Assembly: GCA_963777975.1 (NCBI GenBank)
Contig: CAVZSO010000009.1
Span: forward strand, 1,481-65,480
DNA from: an uncultured Chloroflexia bacterium
GTDB lineage: Bacteria > Chloroflexota > Limnocylindria > Limnocylindrales > CSP1-4
Length of the DNA: 64,000 bases
Reading direction: 5' to 3'
Position 1 is the stretch's first letter. Every line of letters starts with the position of its first letter. The notes under the pieces are model-generated. The model saw only the letters and a program-made list of their open reading frames with translations. It ran no database searches and was not told the DNA's origin. The position numbers and the translations under genes were made by a program. Below, one piece after another: positions 43,916 through 58,711 of this stretch.

Positions 43916-44807
43916 TCATCCGACCAGGCGCAGCGTGCGGCTTGCCGCTCCGATCTCGATCCGCTGGCCCCAGTCGACGGCGTACGTGGTCGGCCTCGAT
44001 GCCGTCGCCGAACACGGTCCCGCCCTCCCCCAGCTCGCACGTGATCGTGAGGTGCTCGGCGGCGCGTGATGCGGCCGGCGGTCAGGGTCGTGCCGGTGAC
44101 GGTGCTCGGCCACGCCTCGCGCACGAAGAAGGCGAGCGCGGGGTCCGTCGGGCGCGGGGAGGCCGAGCGGGCGGGCGAGCTGGCGGTTGATGCTCGCCGC
44201 CCAGCCCGTCGCGCCCGTGCCGGTCGCCGCGATCACGCCGGACGAGGACTGGCGCTCGCTGCGCTCCCCGAGCGCGATCGTGTAGCGCGCCGACTGGTGC
44301 GTGGCGTGCCCGACGAAGATCTCGTTGAGCGCGAGCACCTCCTGCCCGTCGTCGAGCAGGGCGCGCGACCATCGTGCGCTCCTCGATCCGGGCGGCGCCG
44401 CTCGCGAGGTCGGCGATCAGGTCGGCGGCCGCCTGCGGCGGGTGGCGGACGAGCACGCCGGGCACGTGCGCCGGGTCCGGGTTGAGGCCGATCACGGGCT
44501 GGCCGTCGAGGTACTTGGCGACGTTGGCGACCAGCCCGTCCTGGCCGAGCGCGAGCACGACGTCGCCGGGCTCGAACAGGAAGCGGTCGAGGTCGGCCCG
44601 CATGACGGTGGCGGCGCGCCAGTCCGCGGGCACCGCGCCGAGCACGGCGCGGTGCGTGGCGGCCAGGGCGGCGTGGCGCTCGAGCACCTCGTCCAGCGCG
44701 CGGCCGCGCTGCTCGAGGAAGAAGCGGACCTGCTCGTGCGTCGCGTGGCGGGCGAGCAGCTCGTCGTACTCGCTCGGGCGCTCGACGAGGACGGCGCGCG
44801 GGACCAT
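43916..44807 (-). pseudogene. ATP-NAD kinase-like family protein; frame changes
   Basis: MVPRAVLVERPSEYDELLARH..., GDVVLALGQDGLVANVAKYL (GGDG-like), NEIFVGHATHQSARYTI, and SGVIAATGTGATGWAASI (compare the NAD kinase TPTGSTAY block). Confidence 0.6.
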
Positions 44808-44810
44808 CGC

Positions 44811-45734
44811 TCACGCCGCCTTCGCGAGCAGCGGCTGCAGCAGGTCGGGCGTGACGGTCAGGTGCTCGACGGTGCCGAGCGCCCCGGCCAGCTCCTGCAG
44901 CGCCAGCGCGCGCAGCACGTCGGGCGGCAGCGCGGCCTGGATCTCCGCGCGCTCGCGCTCGACCTGCAGCTTCGCGCCCTCGACGAGCCCGATCTCCTCC
45001 GCCCGGCTCTCGGCCTTGCGGCGGTCGTTGACGGCGGCCTGCGACACGAGGTCCTCCTCGCGGCGGGCCAGCTCGATCCGGTTGGCGAGCTCGTTCTCGG
45101 CGATCGCGCGCTCCTTCTCGACGGCCATCGCTCGGCGCTGGAAGGTCGCCTCGTCGGCGCGCTGCTGGATCGCCTCGCGGGTCGGCTGGCGCAGGGCCTT
45201 CTCGACCTCGGCGCTCGGCGCGACGTCGGCGACGCGCACCGCGACGAGCTCGATGCCCAGCTCGGCGAGGGCGGGCTCTGCGCGCAGGCCGGCCTCGATC
45301 CGCTGCCGGATCGGCGCCACGCCGGCGTGCAGGATCGCGCGCACGTCCTGCTTGCCGAGCTCGTCGACGACGAACTGCTGGGCGAGCTGGGAGAGCAGGC
45401 CGGCGACCTGCTCGAGCGGCGCCTGCGCCCAGCGGCCGCTGTCGAGGTCGAGCGTGAAGTCGACGCGGCGGGCCAGCGCGGCCGGCGCGGCGACGCGGAA
45501 GGTGACCACGCCCTGGACGGCGAGCTCCTGGAAGTCCGCGCTGCGCACGCGGAACAGGAACGGCAGCTCGCGGTCGTCGATCGGGACCTCGGCGACGGCG
45601 GTGGCGATCGGGCGGAACCAGAACGCGAGCCCGGCGCCGTCGCGGCGCAGGTCACCGTTGCGGTAGCTCAGGACGTGGTAGGTCGGCTCGGAGCGGAGAT
45701 GTCTGACGAGCGGGAATCGCTGGATGGTGGCCAC
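44811..45734 (-). CDS. SPFH/band-7 domain protein
   Basis: Intact 307-aa ORF (GTG start, GAAGGA RBS): GIELVAVRVADVAPSAEVEKALRQPTREAIQQRADEATFQRRAMAVEKERAIAENELANRIELARRE... This is the prohibitin/stomatin-like core plus a coiled coil. Confidence 0.85.
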   Translation of the reverse strand: MATIQRFPLVRHLRSEPTYHVLSYRNGDLRRDGAGLAFWFRPIATAVAEVPIDDRELPFLFRVRSADFQELAVQGVVTFRVAAPAALARRVDFTLDLDSGRWAQAPLEQVAGLLSQLAQQFVVDELGKQDVRAILHAGVAPIRQRIEAGLRAEPALAELGIELVAVRVADVAPSAEVEKALRQPTREAIQQRADEATFQRRAMAVEKERAIAENELANRIELARREEDLVSQAAVNDRRKAESRAEEIGLVEGAKLQVERERAEIQAALPPDVLRALALQELAGALGTVEHLTVTPDLLQPLLAKAA

Positions 45735-45769
45735 GCTGAGTTCCTTCTCTCGTTTTGGTCAGCATGACC

Positions 45770-45797
45770 ATAATAGCATTCCGGCTCGCTCGTCGAA
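45770..45797 (-). promoter_or_regulatory. Sigma-70-like promoter candidate for the SPFH operon
   Basis: On the minus strand: TTCGAC (45792-45797), a 16-nt spacer, then TATTAT (45770-45775), in a locally AT-rich patch about 35 nt upstream of GTG 45734. Confidence 0.4.
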
Positions 45798-46013
45798 CGT
45801 CGACTGCGGCTGGGTAGGGGTGGTGAGAGCGCCGGCCGGGCCGCGGATCCGCATGCGTTTTCGCACACTCGCGCACAGATCGGAATCGACTGTGCGGAAA
45901 GCCTCAGATACCAGGGGGTTTCCGCACAGTCGATCCGGGCCTGCCGCGTACTGCGCGCAAGCCTCGCGGCGGACGGCACCCTCACCGCCCCTACCCAGCC
46001 GCCGTTGACGTTC
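45795..46013. repeat. 219-nt nested inverted-repeat element (40-nt terminal inverted repeats plus an internal 19-bp hairpin)
   Basis: 45795-45834 GAACGTCGACTGCGGCTGGGTAGGGGTGGTGAGAGCGCCG matches the reverse complement of 45974-46013 at 35 of 40 positions. Inner stem: 45881-45900 CGGAATCGACTGTGCGGAAA pairs with 45919-45937 TTTCCGCACAGTCGATCCG (one bulge) across an 18-nt loop. Confidence 0.75.
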
Positions 46014-46030
46014 GCCGGCGCCAACGACCC

Positions 46031-48059
46031 CTACAGGCGCCTCGCGGTCAACGTCGCGGTCACCGAGCCGGCGCTTAAGCGCATGCGGTAGACGCCGCGG
46101 TTTCGCGGCCTGAGCCGAAGCCGGTACGTCCGGCCCGCGGCGGCGTCCACCTTGCGGCGCGCCACCACGCGCTTGCCGCGGATCAGCGCCAGCCGCACCG
46201 GCGCGGCGCGCGTGAGCCGGAACGCGACCCGCAGCGGCGTCCCCTGCCGGCCGCCGAACACGGGCCGCTGGAGCTTGTAGGAGCGCAGCAGCTCGCAGTC
46301 GCCGCGGCGGTAGTGGCGGGCCACGCGCTGGAACGTGCCGTTGCGCTTGCGCAGCACGATCCGGCGGACGTCCTTGCCGGCCATCGTGAAGCGGGCGAAG
46401 TAGTAGCCGTCCGGCACCCGTCCCTTCCAGGTCGCGGGCTTCGTGAAGCGCGCGACCCGGCGCTCCTTGATGATCCGCCGGCCCTGGGAGACCTGGAAGA
46501 CCTCGATCTTCACGGCGCCGGAGCGCTTGCGCGTGAAGCCGAAGCGGACGCGGCGGCCGCGCGGCTTCGCGCTCACGGAGCGGAAGCCGGCGTCGCCCGT
46601 GCAGTCGCCGGACGCGGCGCCCGCGCTGCCGCTCGCGGGGAACGGCCAGCCCGCGAGCTTGACGTCGTAGAAGCCGGAGTTGCCGTCCGTGTACCAGACC
46701 TCGCTGCGCTCCGGGGCGAACGCCGGGCCGCTCATCGCGTAGTTGCTCGGGGCGCCCGCCGTCTGGCTCGTCTTGTTCGGCGCGACGTAGTAGGCCATCT
46801 CGCGCGGCTTGAGCGGGTCCCGGATGTCGAAGATCCGCAGGCCGCTGGCGATCATGCTGCAGGCCAGGATCTCCGGGTCGGTGCGGCGCGGGACGGTGCA
46901 GTAGTGCCCCGCGTAGCCCTGCACGATCAGCCCCGCGCCGGGGTCGCCGGCGATCTTCGCGCGGTTCTCGCGCTGGTGGACGGCGAGCCGGATGTTGCTG
47001 ACGACCTTCGGGTTGCGCTCGTCGCCGATGTCGATGATCCGCGCGGCGCCGACCTTCGGCCCGTTGGAGGCGACGGAGTCGTCGTTCTCCGCGCTCGAGA
47101 ACTCGTCGATCTCGGCCAGGTAGGGGCGGCCGGCGATCGTGATCGGCTGCGCGACCTGCGGGATCGTGCGCTCCGGCCAGTCAAGCTTGGAGATCTCCTT
47201 GAACTGCGCGCCCTGCTTGCGCGCCTGGATCTCGCTCGTGTCGAGGATGAACAGGCCCTGGCTGGCGGCGACGTAGGCGCGGGTGCCGTCGTCGGAGATC
47301 GTCAGGCCGTGCGAGTTGTAGTTCGTGCCGGCGACGATCATCGGCAGCTTCGGGTTGGAGACGTCGATCGCGGTGATGTTCCCGGTGCTGATCGAGGTCG
47401 CAGTAGAAGGTGTTGCCGTCGGGCGCGAAGCCGGACTCGTGGCCGAAGATGCCGACCGGCAGCGAGCTCTTGCAGCACCGGGTTGCGGCAGTCCTCGTTG
47501 AGGTCGTAGAGGTCGACGATGCCGGGGTAGAAGGCGGGGTTGCCGGTGACGGCGACCAGCAGGCCTCTCTTCTGGTTCAGGAGCAGCGACTCGTGCGGGG
47601 TCTGCATCGCGGGCGTGAGCGAGATCGTCGTCTGCTTCGGGTTCTCGGGTCGCTCATGTCCAGCACGGCGACGCCCGTCGGCCGCTCGGAGAGCGTCTGC
47701 GCGTTGGTGGGGAACAGCAGCGTCGTGTCGTAGTACGCGCACTCGCGCCCGGCCTTGTCCGTGAACCTGAGGGCCTTGTAGCCGCCTGAGGATCCGTGGT
47801 GGCCGACGAGGTCGGTGTTGCAGTTGAACCCCTCGGGGTTGCCGGCCGGCACGCGGCCCTGGATGTCGGTCTCCTTGCGGTCCGTTGGACGGCAGTCGGG
47901 GCGCGGCACCGGGGCGGGCTGGGGCGCCTGGGCGGCGTTCGCCGTGATCTTCTCGCCCGGCCCGCCGAAATTGAGCGGCAGCCCGTTCGGGTTGGGGTGC
48001 GCGGCCGCGGGGGCGGCGGTCGCGAGCAGGACGGCGAGCACGAGCAGGATCAGGCGCAT
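46031..48059 (-). pseudogene. Secreted beta-propeller-like protein (LVIVD-repeat-like) with a basic C-terminal domain; N-terminal third frame-shifted
   Basis: Signal MRLILLVLAVLLATAAPAAA (ATG 48059). ORF 46031-47341 is intact: HGLTISDDGTRAYVAASQGLFILDTSE..., GLRIFDIRDPLKPREMAYYVAP, and a C-terminal Arg-rich beta-sandwich-like region. Confidence 0.55.
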
Positions 48060-48263
48060 GGCGCACACGGTGCCGGGTGTGCGCGCGCGACGCGCCGCTT
48101 CCCGGTCGGTCGACGGACTTCGCCGATGCACGAACTTCTCGCTATTTGCGAACGTTTCGGTGGAAACCGGGGCGAAGTACTCAGCGGTTTGCACTAATCC
48201 GGCAGGAAGCCACGCCATGGAGGCCGGCCTTCCGTTCCGTGTCGGGCGTCGTGGAGGAACGCG

Positions 48264-49106
48264 GTGGGAGCAGGAGGGGTGCAAGGACGGTCACCGCTCC
48301 GGATCGCTGATCCGGAGGATCGCGTTGCGTCGGTCATGGCCGAGCACGGCCGGACGCTGCTGCGCACGGCGAACCACTTCTCGCTCTGCCACGACGACGC
48401 GCTCGACGCCTACCAGCGCGCGCTGGAGATCTTCCTCGCCGCGCGGACCGCGTCCTGCCGGAGACCGAGGTCGCGTGGCTGAAGGTCGTCGTCAAGCACG
48501 AGGCGCTCGCGATCCGCCGCGCGCGCTCGGAGCTCGGTCAGCGGCGAGGAGCTCGACCTCGACGCACGCAGTGAGCCGACCGCGCGGCCGCTCGACGAGC
48601 ACGTCGCGGGCGGCGAGCGGGTCTCGCGCTCCGCCGAGGCGCTGCGCGCGCTCAAGCCCGACGAGCGGCGCGCGCTGATGCTCAAGGCGCAGGGCTACTC
48701 CTACGACGAGATCAGCGCCCATCTCGGCTGGACCTACACGAAGGTCAACCGCTGCATCACCGAGGGCCGGCGGCGGTTCCTGAAGGTCTTCCGCGCGATC
48801 GAGTCGGGCGAGGCCTGCGAGCAGTACGTCGCCGCGATCGCCGCGCTCGCCGGCGGCACCGCCACCAGCGCCGAGGTGCTCGAGATCCGGCCGCACCTGC
48901 GCCACTGCGCCGCCTGCCGGGCGACGGTCCGGCAGCTCCACGTGCCGGCGGCCATGCGCCTGAAGCTGCTGCTGCCCGGGTTCCTGCTCGCGCCGGGCGC
49001 CACGGTGCCCCGGGCAGGCGACGCGGCGGCGGGCGCGCGCCCGCCGCCGGCGGGCGGGCCCCGGTGCTGGACGTTGTCGCAGACGTTCTGCTCACGAGGT
49101 GTGTGA
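48264..49106 (+). pseudogene. ECF-type sigma-70 factor fused in frame to a zf-HC2 anti-sigma-like segment; frame changes in the sigma-2 region
   Basis: DDALDAYQRALEIFL / WLKVVVKHEALAIRRAR (region 2). ALKPDERRALMLKAQGYSYDEISAHLGWTYTKVNRCITEGRRRFLKV (region 4 HTH). Without any stop it continues ...GEACEQYVAAIAALAGG..AEVLEIRPHLRHCAACRATV (Hx3Cx2C). Confidence 0.6.
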
Positions 49107-49309
49107 CTCCGCACGTTGTGCGTGGGCGCGAAACAGGCGGCGACCATGGACCGTTGCCCGGCCCGGGCCGAAGACTCGCCCGCCGCAACGTGCCGGGATC
49201 TGGCCGCCCCAGCGATCCTACTCGCTCTCTGCCGCCTGCCCCGGGATTGCTGCTGACCATCACCGGCCGATAGCGATCGGTCTCGTCCGGTTCTGGCACG
49301 ATAACACCC

Positions 49310-50283
49310 ATGAACCAGGCAGAACGCAGCCCTGCCACCGATGGCGTGCCAGGGCGCTCGGGCACGAGGTGTTCGAGATCGACACCCGGATGGCCGGCTA
49401 CGACAGGATCACGGCCGGCTACCTGATCCGGGGGGAGCGGCCGTGCCTGGTCGAGACGGGCACCGCGCCGTCGGCGCCGGTGGTCCGTGACGCACTCGCC
49501 CGCCTGGGTATCGGCCCCGGGGACCTCGCCACCGTCGTGGTCACGCACATCCACCTCGACCACGCGGGCGGCGCGGGCGACATCGCCGCGATGTTCCCGG
49601 CGGCCCAGATCGTGGTGCACCAGCGGGGTGCCCGGCACCTCGCCGATCCGAGCAGGCTGATGGCCAGCGCGCGGCTGCGTCTACGGCAGGGCGCTCGAGC
49701 GGCTCTTCGGCGTGCTCGCGCCCACTCCCGCCGAGCGCATCGTGGCGCTGGAGGACGCCGGCACGATCGATCTCGGCGGCGGGCGGCGCCTGGACAGCCA
49801 CTACTCCCCCGGCCACGCCAAGCATCACGTCGGCCTCATCGACTCTGACACCGGGGACCTGTACGTCGGCGACGCGGCCGGGGTGTACATGCCGGAGACC
49901 GGGGACCTGCGCCCGGCCACGCCGCCGCCCGACTTCGATCTCGGCGCTGGCACTGGCCTCGCTACGCATGTTCGCCGCGCTCGCGCCCGGCCCGGCTGAT
50001 GTTCAGCCACTACGGGCCGGTCGACCAGGTAGCGCAGACGCTGGACCGGTCGGCGGAGGAGATCAACGTCTGGGTGGAGCAGACCCGGCGGGCGCGCACG
50101 GCGGGCCTGGACCTCGACCACGCGGTCGCCATGGTGCCGGATCGCACCAGGGACCGGTACGCGGCGTCGCGCCCGGATGCCGACCCGGCGCTCAGCGGAG
50201 AGGTTCGAGCGGGTCAGCAGCGGCCGCGGCAACGTGGAAGGCATCATGCAGTGGCTCGACAAGCAGGAGCAGGCCGCGCGCTA
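49310..50283 (+). pseudogene. MBL-fold metallo-hydrolase; frame changes
   Basis: AGYLIRGERPCLVETG, DLATVVVTHIHLDHAGGAGDIA (HxHxDH), YSPGHAKHHVGLID, and a C-terminal ...GIMQWLDKQEQAAR followed by TAG at 50281-50283. Confidence 0.7.
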
Positions 50284-50319
50284 GCCGGCGTCCGGCGCGC
50301 CGCTAAGCGCCTCGGCTGC

Positions 50320-50500
50320 GCTAACCGAGCGTCCTCCGCTGGGCCGGCGTCGCGGCAGGGCGGGCCTGCGTCCTCGGGCTGGCCGCTCCTCGGTGCTGAG
50401 CCAGCGTCCTCCGCGCGTGGGCCGGCTCTTCGGGCTGCGCCGGCTTCGCCGCGCTGGGTCAGGTCCTCTGCGGCTGGGCGGGCCTCCTCGGCTGGGCCGG
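50320..50500. repeat. Degenerate tandem repeats (about 5 copies of GTCCTC(C/G)GC..TGGGC(C/G)GG) between the convergent MBL and TPR genes
   Basis: Copies begin near 50330, 50360, 50404, 50462 and 50483. On the minus strand they read as (P/Q)xEDAG-like peptide repeats. Coding status is unresolved. Confidence 0.4.
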
Positions 50501-52438
50501 ACCGGTCGTCTGCTCGCGTCGTCGTCGAGGTCGGCCGTCGGCGGGCTCCGGCGTCGAGTCCGTCGTCGTCGGTCGTGGTCGTCGAGGTCGTCGAATTCGA
50601 TGCCGTCGAGCTCGTCGAGGCGGTCGGCCGCGTCGGTCTCGCCATCGGGGTCGGCTGCCGCGGCCCGGCCGAACGCAGTCCCGCGCCTCGTCCGCGCGCC
50701 CGGCGGCGAGCAGGGCGTCCGCGTAGGCGTAGAACAGCCGCGCCGACCACGGTCGCAGTCGGCCGCCGGTCAGCTCGGGCACCTGCAGGGCCAGGACGGC
50801 GGCGTCGGACAGCCCCTGGTCCCGGCGGATGCCGGATTCGACGATCCGCAGCTCGATCTGCGTGGCGCGGTCGAGGTCCGCGACGCCGGCCTCGCGCACC
50901 AGCGCCAGCGCCCGGTCCAGCCGGCCGAGCGCCCGCTCGCAGTCGGCCATGATCGGCAGGTAGTCGTCGCGCCCGGTCAGCCGCCGCGCGGCGCGGAGCT
51001 CTGACAGCGCCTCGGCCCAGCGCCCGGTCCGGTAGGCGGCGATCCCGCAGGCCTCGCGGACCACGCCGACCCGCGCAGCCAGGCGCTTGGCGGCCTGCGG
51101 AACGGCGTAGCCCTGCTCGGGGTCGTCGGCCAGGTCGGCGGCTACCAGGTACCGGGGCCACGGTGTCGGCCAGGTCGTTGGGCAGGCTGTGCAGCTGGGA
51201 CCGTACCTCGGGATCGAGTTGGTCGGCGGTGACCGTGTCCGGAAGCTGCGGCCCCGTCTCGCGGGGTGGCCTGGCCGGGCCTCGTCCCGCCCGGCCCAGG
51301 CGCGCCCGCGCCGGCGCGGCTCACCGCTCCTGCCTGGCCACCGGGCGCTGCCGCCGGTGCTCCGGCCCGGCGTCCCTGCTCGCCGGCCCGGTTCCGTCGC
51401 CTGCGGGCCCGGGACGGCCGCTGCCCACGCTCGGCCTGCGGTCGCGCCCGGGTCGCTGCCGCTCGACACGTGGCGGCGCGCCTGCCGCCTCCTCGCCCGC
51501 GCCGGCCGGGCCGGGGCCCCGGTCGTGTTCCGCCTCCGTCGCGCCCTCTGGGCGCCGTTCCACGGCGCTGGCCGCTCGGAGCCTGGCCCCGTCGCGTGCG
51601 CCGCGGTCGCATCGCGGCGGCCGGAGCCGGCGTCGCGCTCCGCGCCGCCCGGGCGCGGAATCGGCCGCGCCCGGTGTCACCGGGCCGGGCGTGGCTCGTG
51701 TCCCGTTCCGCCCCCGCCCGGCTCCCACCGGCCCGATACCGGCGCGCGCCGCGGCCCGTCTCCGGCCCCGCCGCGGCCCGTAGCCCGGCCGGGTCCGCCG
51801 CCGCGATCGCCGGCTCTCACGGCCCGAGCCGGAGCCGCGCCGCGGCCCGTGCCGCCCCGCCGCGGCCCGTTGCGGCACCGGCCTGCGGCCTGTCCGCCGA
51901 TCCCGGCGCCCGGCCCGCCTGGCCCGGGTCCGCCCGCGCGGCCCGTGCGCCCCGGCGCGGCCGTGTCCCGTCCGCGCCGCCCGGTCCACCTCGGCCCGAA
52001 CCAGTCCGCCGCGGCGCCGCTCCTGCTCCGTCGCGGCCTGACCAGCGCCCGCCGCGGCGCGCTCTGGCCCCGGCGCCGTCCGGACCGGCCGTCCCGCGCG
52101 CCCGACGCCGGCACGGCCGTCGCCCGCGAGCCGGTCACGCCGACCGGCCCGGCGACCAGCGCGGCCGCCGCGCGAGCCGCGCCGGCCGCCGCCTCGGCGC
52201 GCCGGCTCGGCCCGGCCGCGGTACGACCGGCGCGGCTGCCCCCGGCCGGCGCGGCCGGCCCCGGAGCCGTCCAGGCCGGCGCCCGACCTGCCGGGCCGCC
52301 GCTGGGCTGCTGGCCCGCCCGGAGCCGCGGCCCGCGGGCAGCGCCGTGGCCTCCCGCGGTCCGCTGGCCTCCGTCGCCACGCCCGGACGGCTCCGCCGCG
52401 GCTTGTCCCGCCGCGTACGGCGCCGCGGTTTCCCCCAT
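50459..52438 (-). pseudogene. Actinobacterial TPR-like protein (Rv1691-type core) with a long Arg/Gly/Pro-rich N-terminal region; frame changes, both ends uncertain
   Basis: Core: ...TVARYLVAADLADDPEQGYAVPQAAKRLAARVGVVREACGIAAYRTGRWAEALSELRAARRLTGRDDYLPIMADCERALGRLDRALALV..., then DPDGETDAADRLDELDGIEFDDLD. The region upstream (51300-52438) is RG-rich in every frame. Confidence 0.5.
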
Positions 52439-52503
52439 CGCGTTTCCACCTCTCCGGGCGTGCCAGCAGGGCCCACAGCCATCACAACATCCAGGTCACA
52501 CCC

Positions 52504-52530
52504 AAAAAAGCGGGGGCCGCTTCAGCGGAG
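52504..52530 (-). terminator. Short hairpin plus T6 downstream of 5S rRNA (operon terminator candidate)
   Basis: The minus strand reads ...CUCCGCUGAAGCGGCCCCCGCUUUUUUGGG. The GCGG/CCGC stem, extendable to 5 bp, is followed by six U. It lies about 20 nt after the 5S 3' end. Confidence 0.5.
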
Positions 52531-52548
52531 CGACCCTCGTCGAAACAT

Positions 52549-52667
52549 GTCCGGCGGCGTCCTACTCTCCCACGCGGTCCCCCGCGCAGTACCATCGGCG
52601 CTGAAGGGCTTAACTTCCGGGTTCGGAATGGGACCGGGTGTTTCCCCTTCGCTATGGCCGCCGAAAC
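52549..52667 (-). rRNA. rrf: 5S ribosomal RNA
   Basis: Minus strand: GUUUCGGCGGCCAUAGCGAAGGGGAAACACCCGGUCCCAUUCCGAACCCGGAAGUUAAGCCCUUCAGCGCCGAUGGUACUGCGCGGGGGACCGCGUGGGAGAGUAGGACGCCGCCGGAC. These are canonical 5S motifs. Confidence 0.9.
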
Positions 52668-52756
52668 TCTATGGAGATGTACCGTGCCCGAGGGCCTGTT
52701 GGCGACCGTATCTCGGGAACCGCACAGTGGACGCGAGCAATCAAATGGAGTGAGAA

Positions 52757-55960
<3,204 letters not shown>

Positions 55961-56276
55961 AACTACAGATTGATGCTCGCGTCCACTGTGCAGTTCTCAA
56001 GATACGGGCGGTCCCGGTCCGCGCACCTCCGCATCCGCGGCGGGCGCGGGCCGGTCCGAAGGGATGGCTCAACGCGCCGTTCCCTCAGGACCCAACAGCG
56101 TGCTCGACCAGGCCGTCACCGCCGCCACCCGTTCCAGTCCCGAGGGGCCGTACTAACCGGCGTGAGCGAACGATCGGACCGAATAACCAGTGCTCCACTA
56201 GTGAGCTGCCATCTCGGGACATTCGCCCGAGACATGGCTCTGGACGCGATCTGCCGTAGAGACCGCGCCAGGTGCT

Positions 56277-57800
<1,524 letters not shown>

Positions 57801-58058
57801 TGTCTATATGCAACCGCCTGCCCGGCACGACGGCCTGGCCAGCGGGCTGCTGACATGAAAGAGTGCCTCGCGGGCCGGTTGAACCGGCTCTCAAGGCGAT
57901 CTTGGCATCCGTAGTGAGGTGATGGTCCGTGGCAGCCACAGCCCCTCACTGACGGGGTTGTTGTGCTTGTGCACTGGCTTTTAGCACGCTGTTGAGTTCT
58001 CAAGGAGCGGACGCGCACCGTCACGAGGCTTTCGCCTCAATTCGGGGGCAACCCTACT

Positions 58059-58087
58059 AACTTACCTGCGAGTTGCAGGTCTGTCAA
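58059..58087 (-). promoter_or_regulatory. rRNA operon promoter candidate P2
   Basis: On the minus strand: TTGACA (58082-58087), a 17-nt spacer, then TAAGTT (58059-58064). Confidence 0.5.
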
Positions 58088-58243
58088 CCGGTTTCACGAG
58101 GTTCAACCGACCCGGTAGCTCACTGTATTCCCAGCATACCCCCTGCCCAGGCCAGGTCATGACCGAGCCACGAGCAAGGATCTGTTGCTGACCCCAGGAC
58201 CACCACCAGCCGACGGCGGGTGCGGGTTGCAGGGCAGGACGAA

Positions 58244-58272
58244 ACACTAGGCAGCAAAACCGTTCCCGTCAA
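58244..58272 (-). promoter_or_regulatory. rRNA operon promoter candidate P1
   Basis: On the minus strand: TTGACG (58267-58272), a 17-nt spacer, then TAGTGT (58244-58249), about 450 nt upstream of mature 16S. Confidence 0.5.
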
Positions 58273-58367
58273 ATCGGCAAGCCCGTGCACACCAGCCTCA
58301 TGCGTCACGAGCGCAGGGCATCCGCGGGCCGCGGGCCACCTGGCTGGCCGGCTCAGCGCTGGCCGGT

Positions 58368-58711
58368 TCAGTCGGGGACGACTTCCACCCCGCATACAGT
58401 GCGCTTGCCCCGCCGGATCACCAGGAACCTGCCGTACAGGAGGTCGTCCACGGACGGCACCGCGTCCTGCGCGGTGACCCGCACGTTGTTCAGGTAGGCG
58501 CCACCCCGGCGATCGCCCGGCGTGCCGCCGACTTGCTCGCCACGATCGCCGTCGCGGCCATCAGGTCGGCAACCGGGGGCAGGCCGCGGGCGCGCACGTC
58601 CGCGGCTTTCAGCTTGACCGACGGCACCTCGGCCAGCGCCGCCGCCAGGGTCCTCTCATCCAGTGCCCGCAAATCTCCCTGGCCGAAGAGAGCCCGGCTG
58701 GCCTCCACCAC
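58368..58711 (-). pseudogene. tyrS: Tyrosyl-tRNA synthetase, 3' fragment only (about the last 115 codons, S4-like domain); also one frame change near 58495
   Basis: VVEASRALFGQGDLRALDERTLAAALAEVPSVKL...DLMAATAIVASKSAARRAIA, then (after a 1-nt shift) GGAYLNNVRVTAQDAVPSVDDLLYGRFLVIRRGKRTVCGVEVVPD followed by TGA at 58368-58370. No frame upstream of 58711 encodes TyrRS-like sequence. Confidence 0.75.

Noticed and set aside
51189-52753. Two plus-strand ORFs of 471 and 495 aa (Pro/Arg/Ala-rich)
   Set aside because: They run antisense to the RG-rich region and extend into the 5S and the start of the 23S rRNA. All six frames are open here because of composition. There are no motifs.
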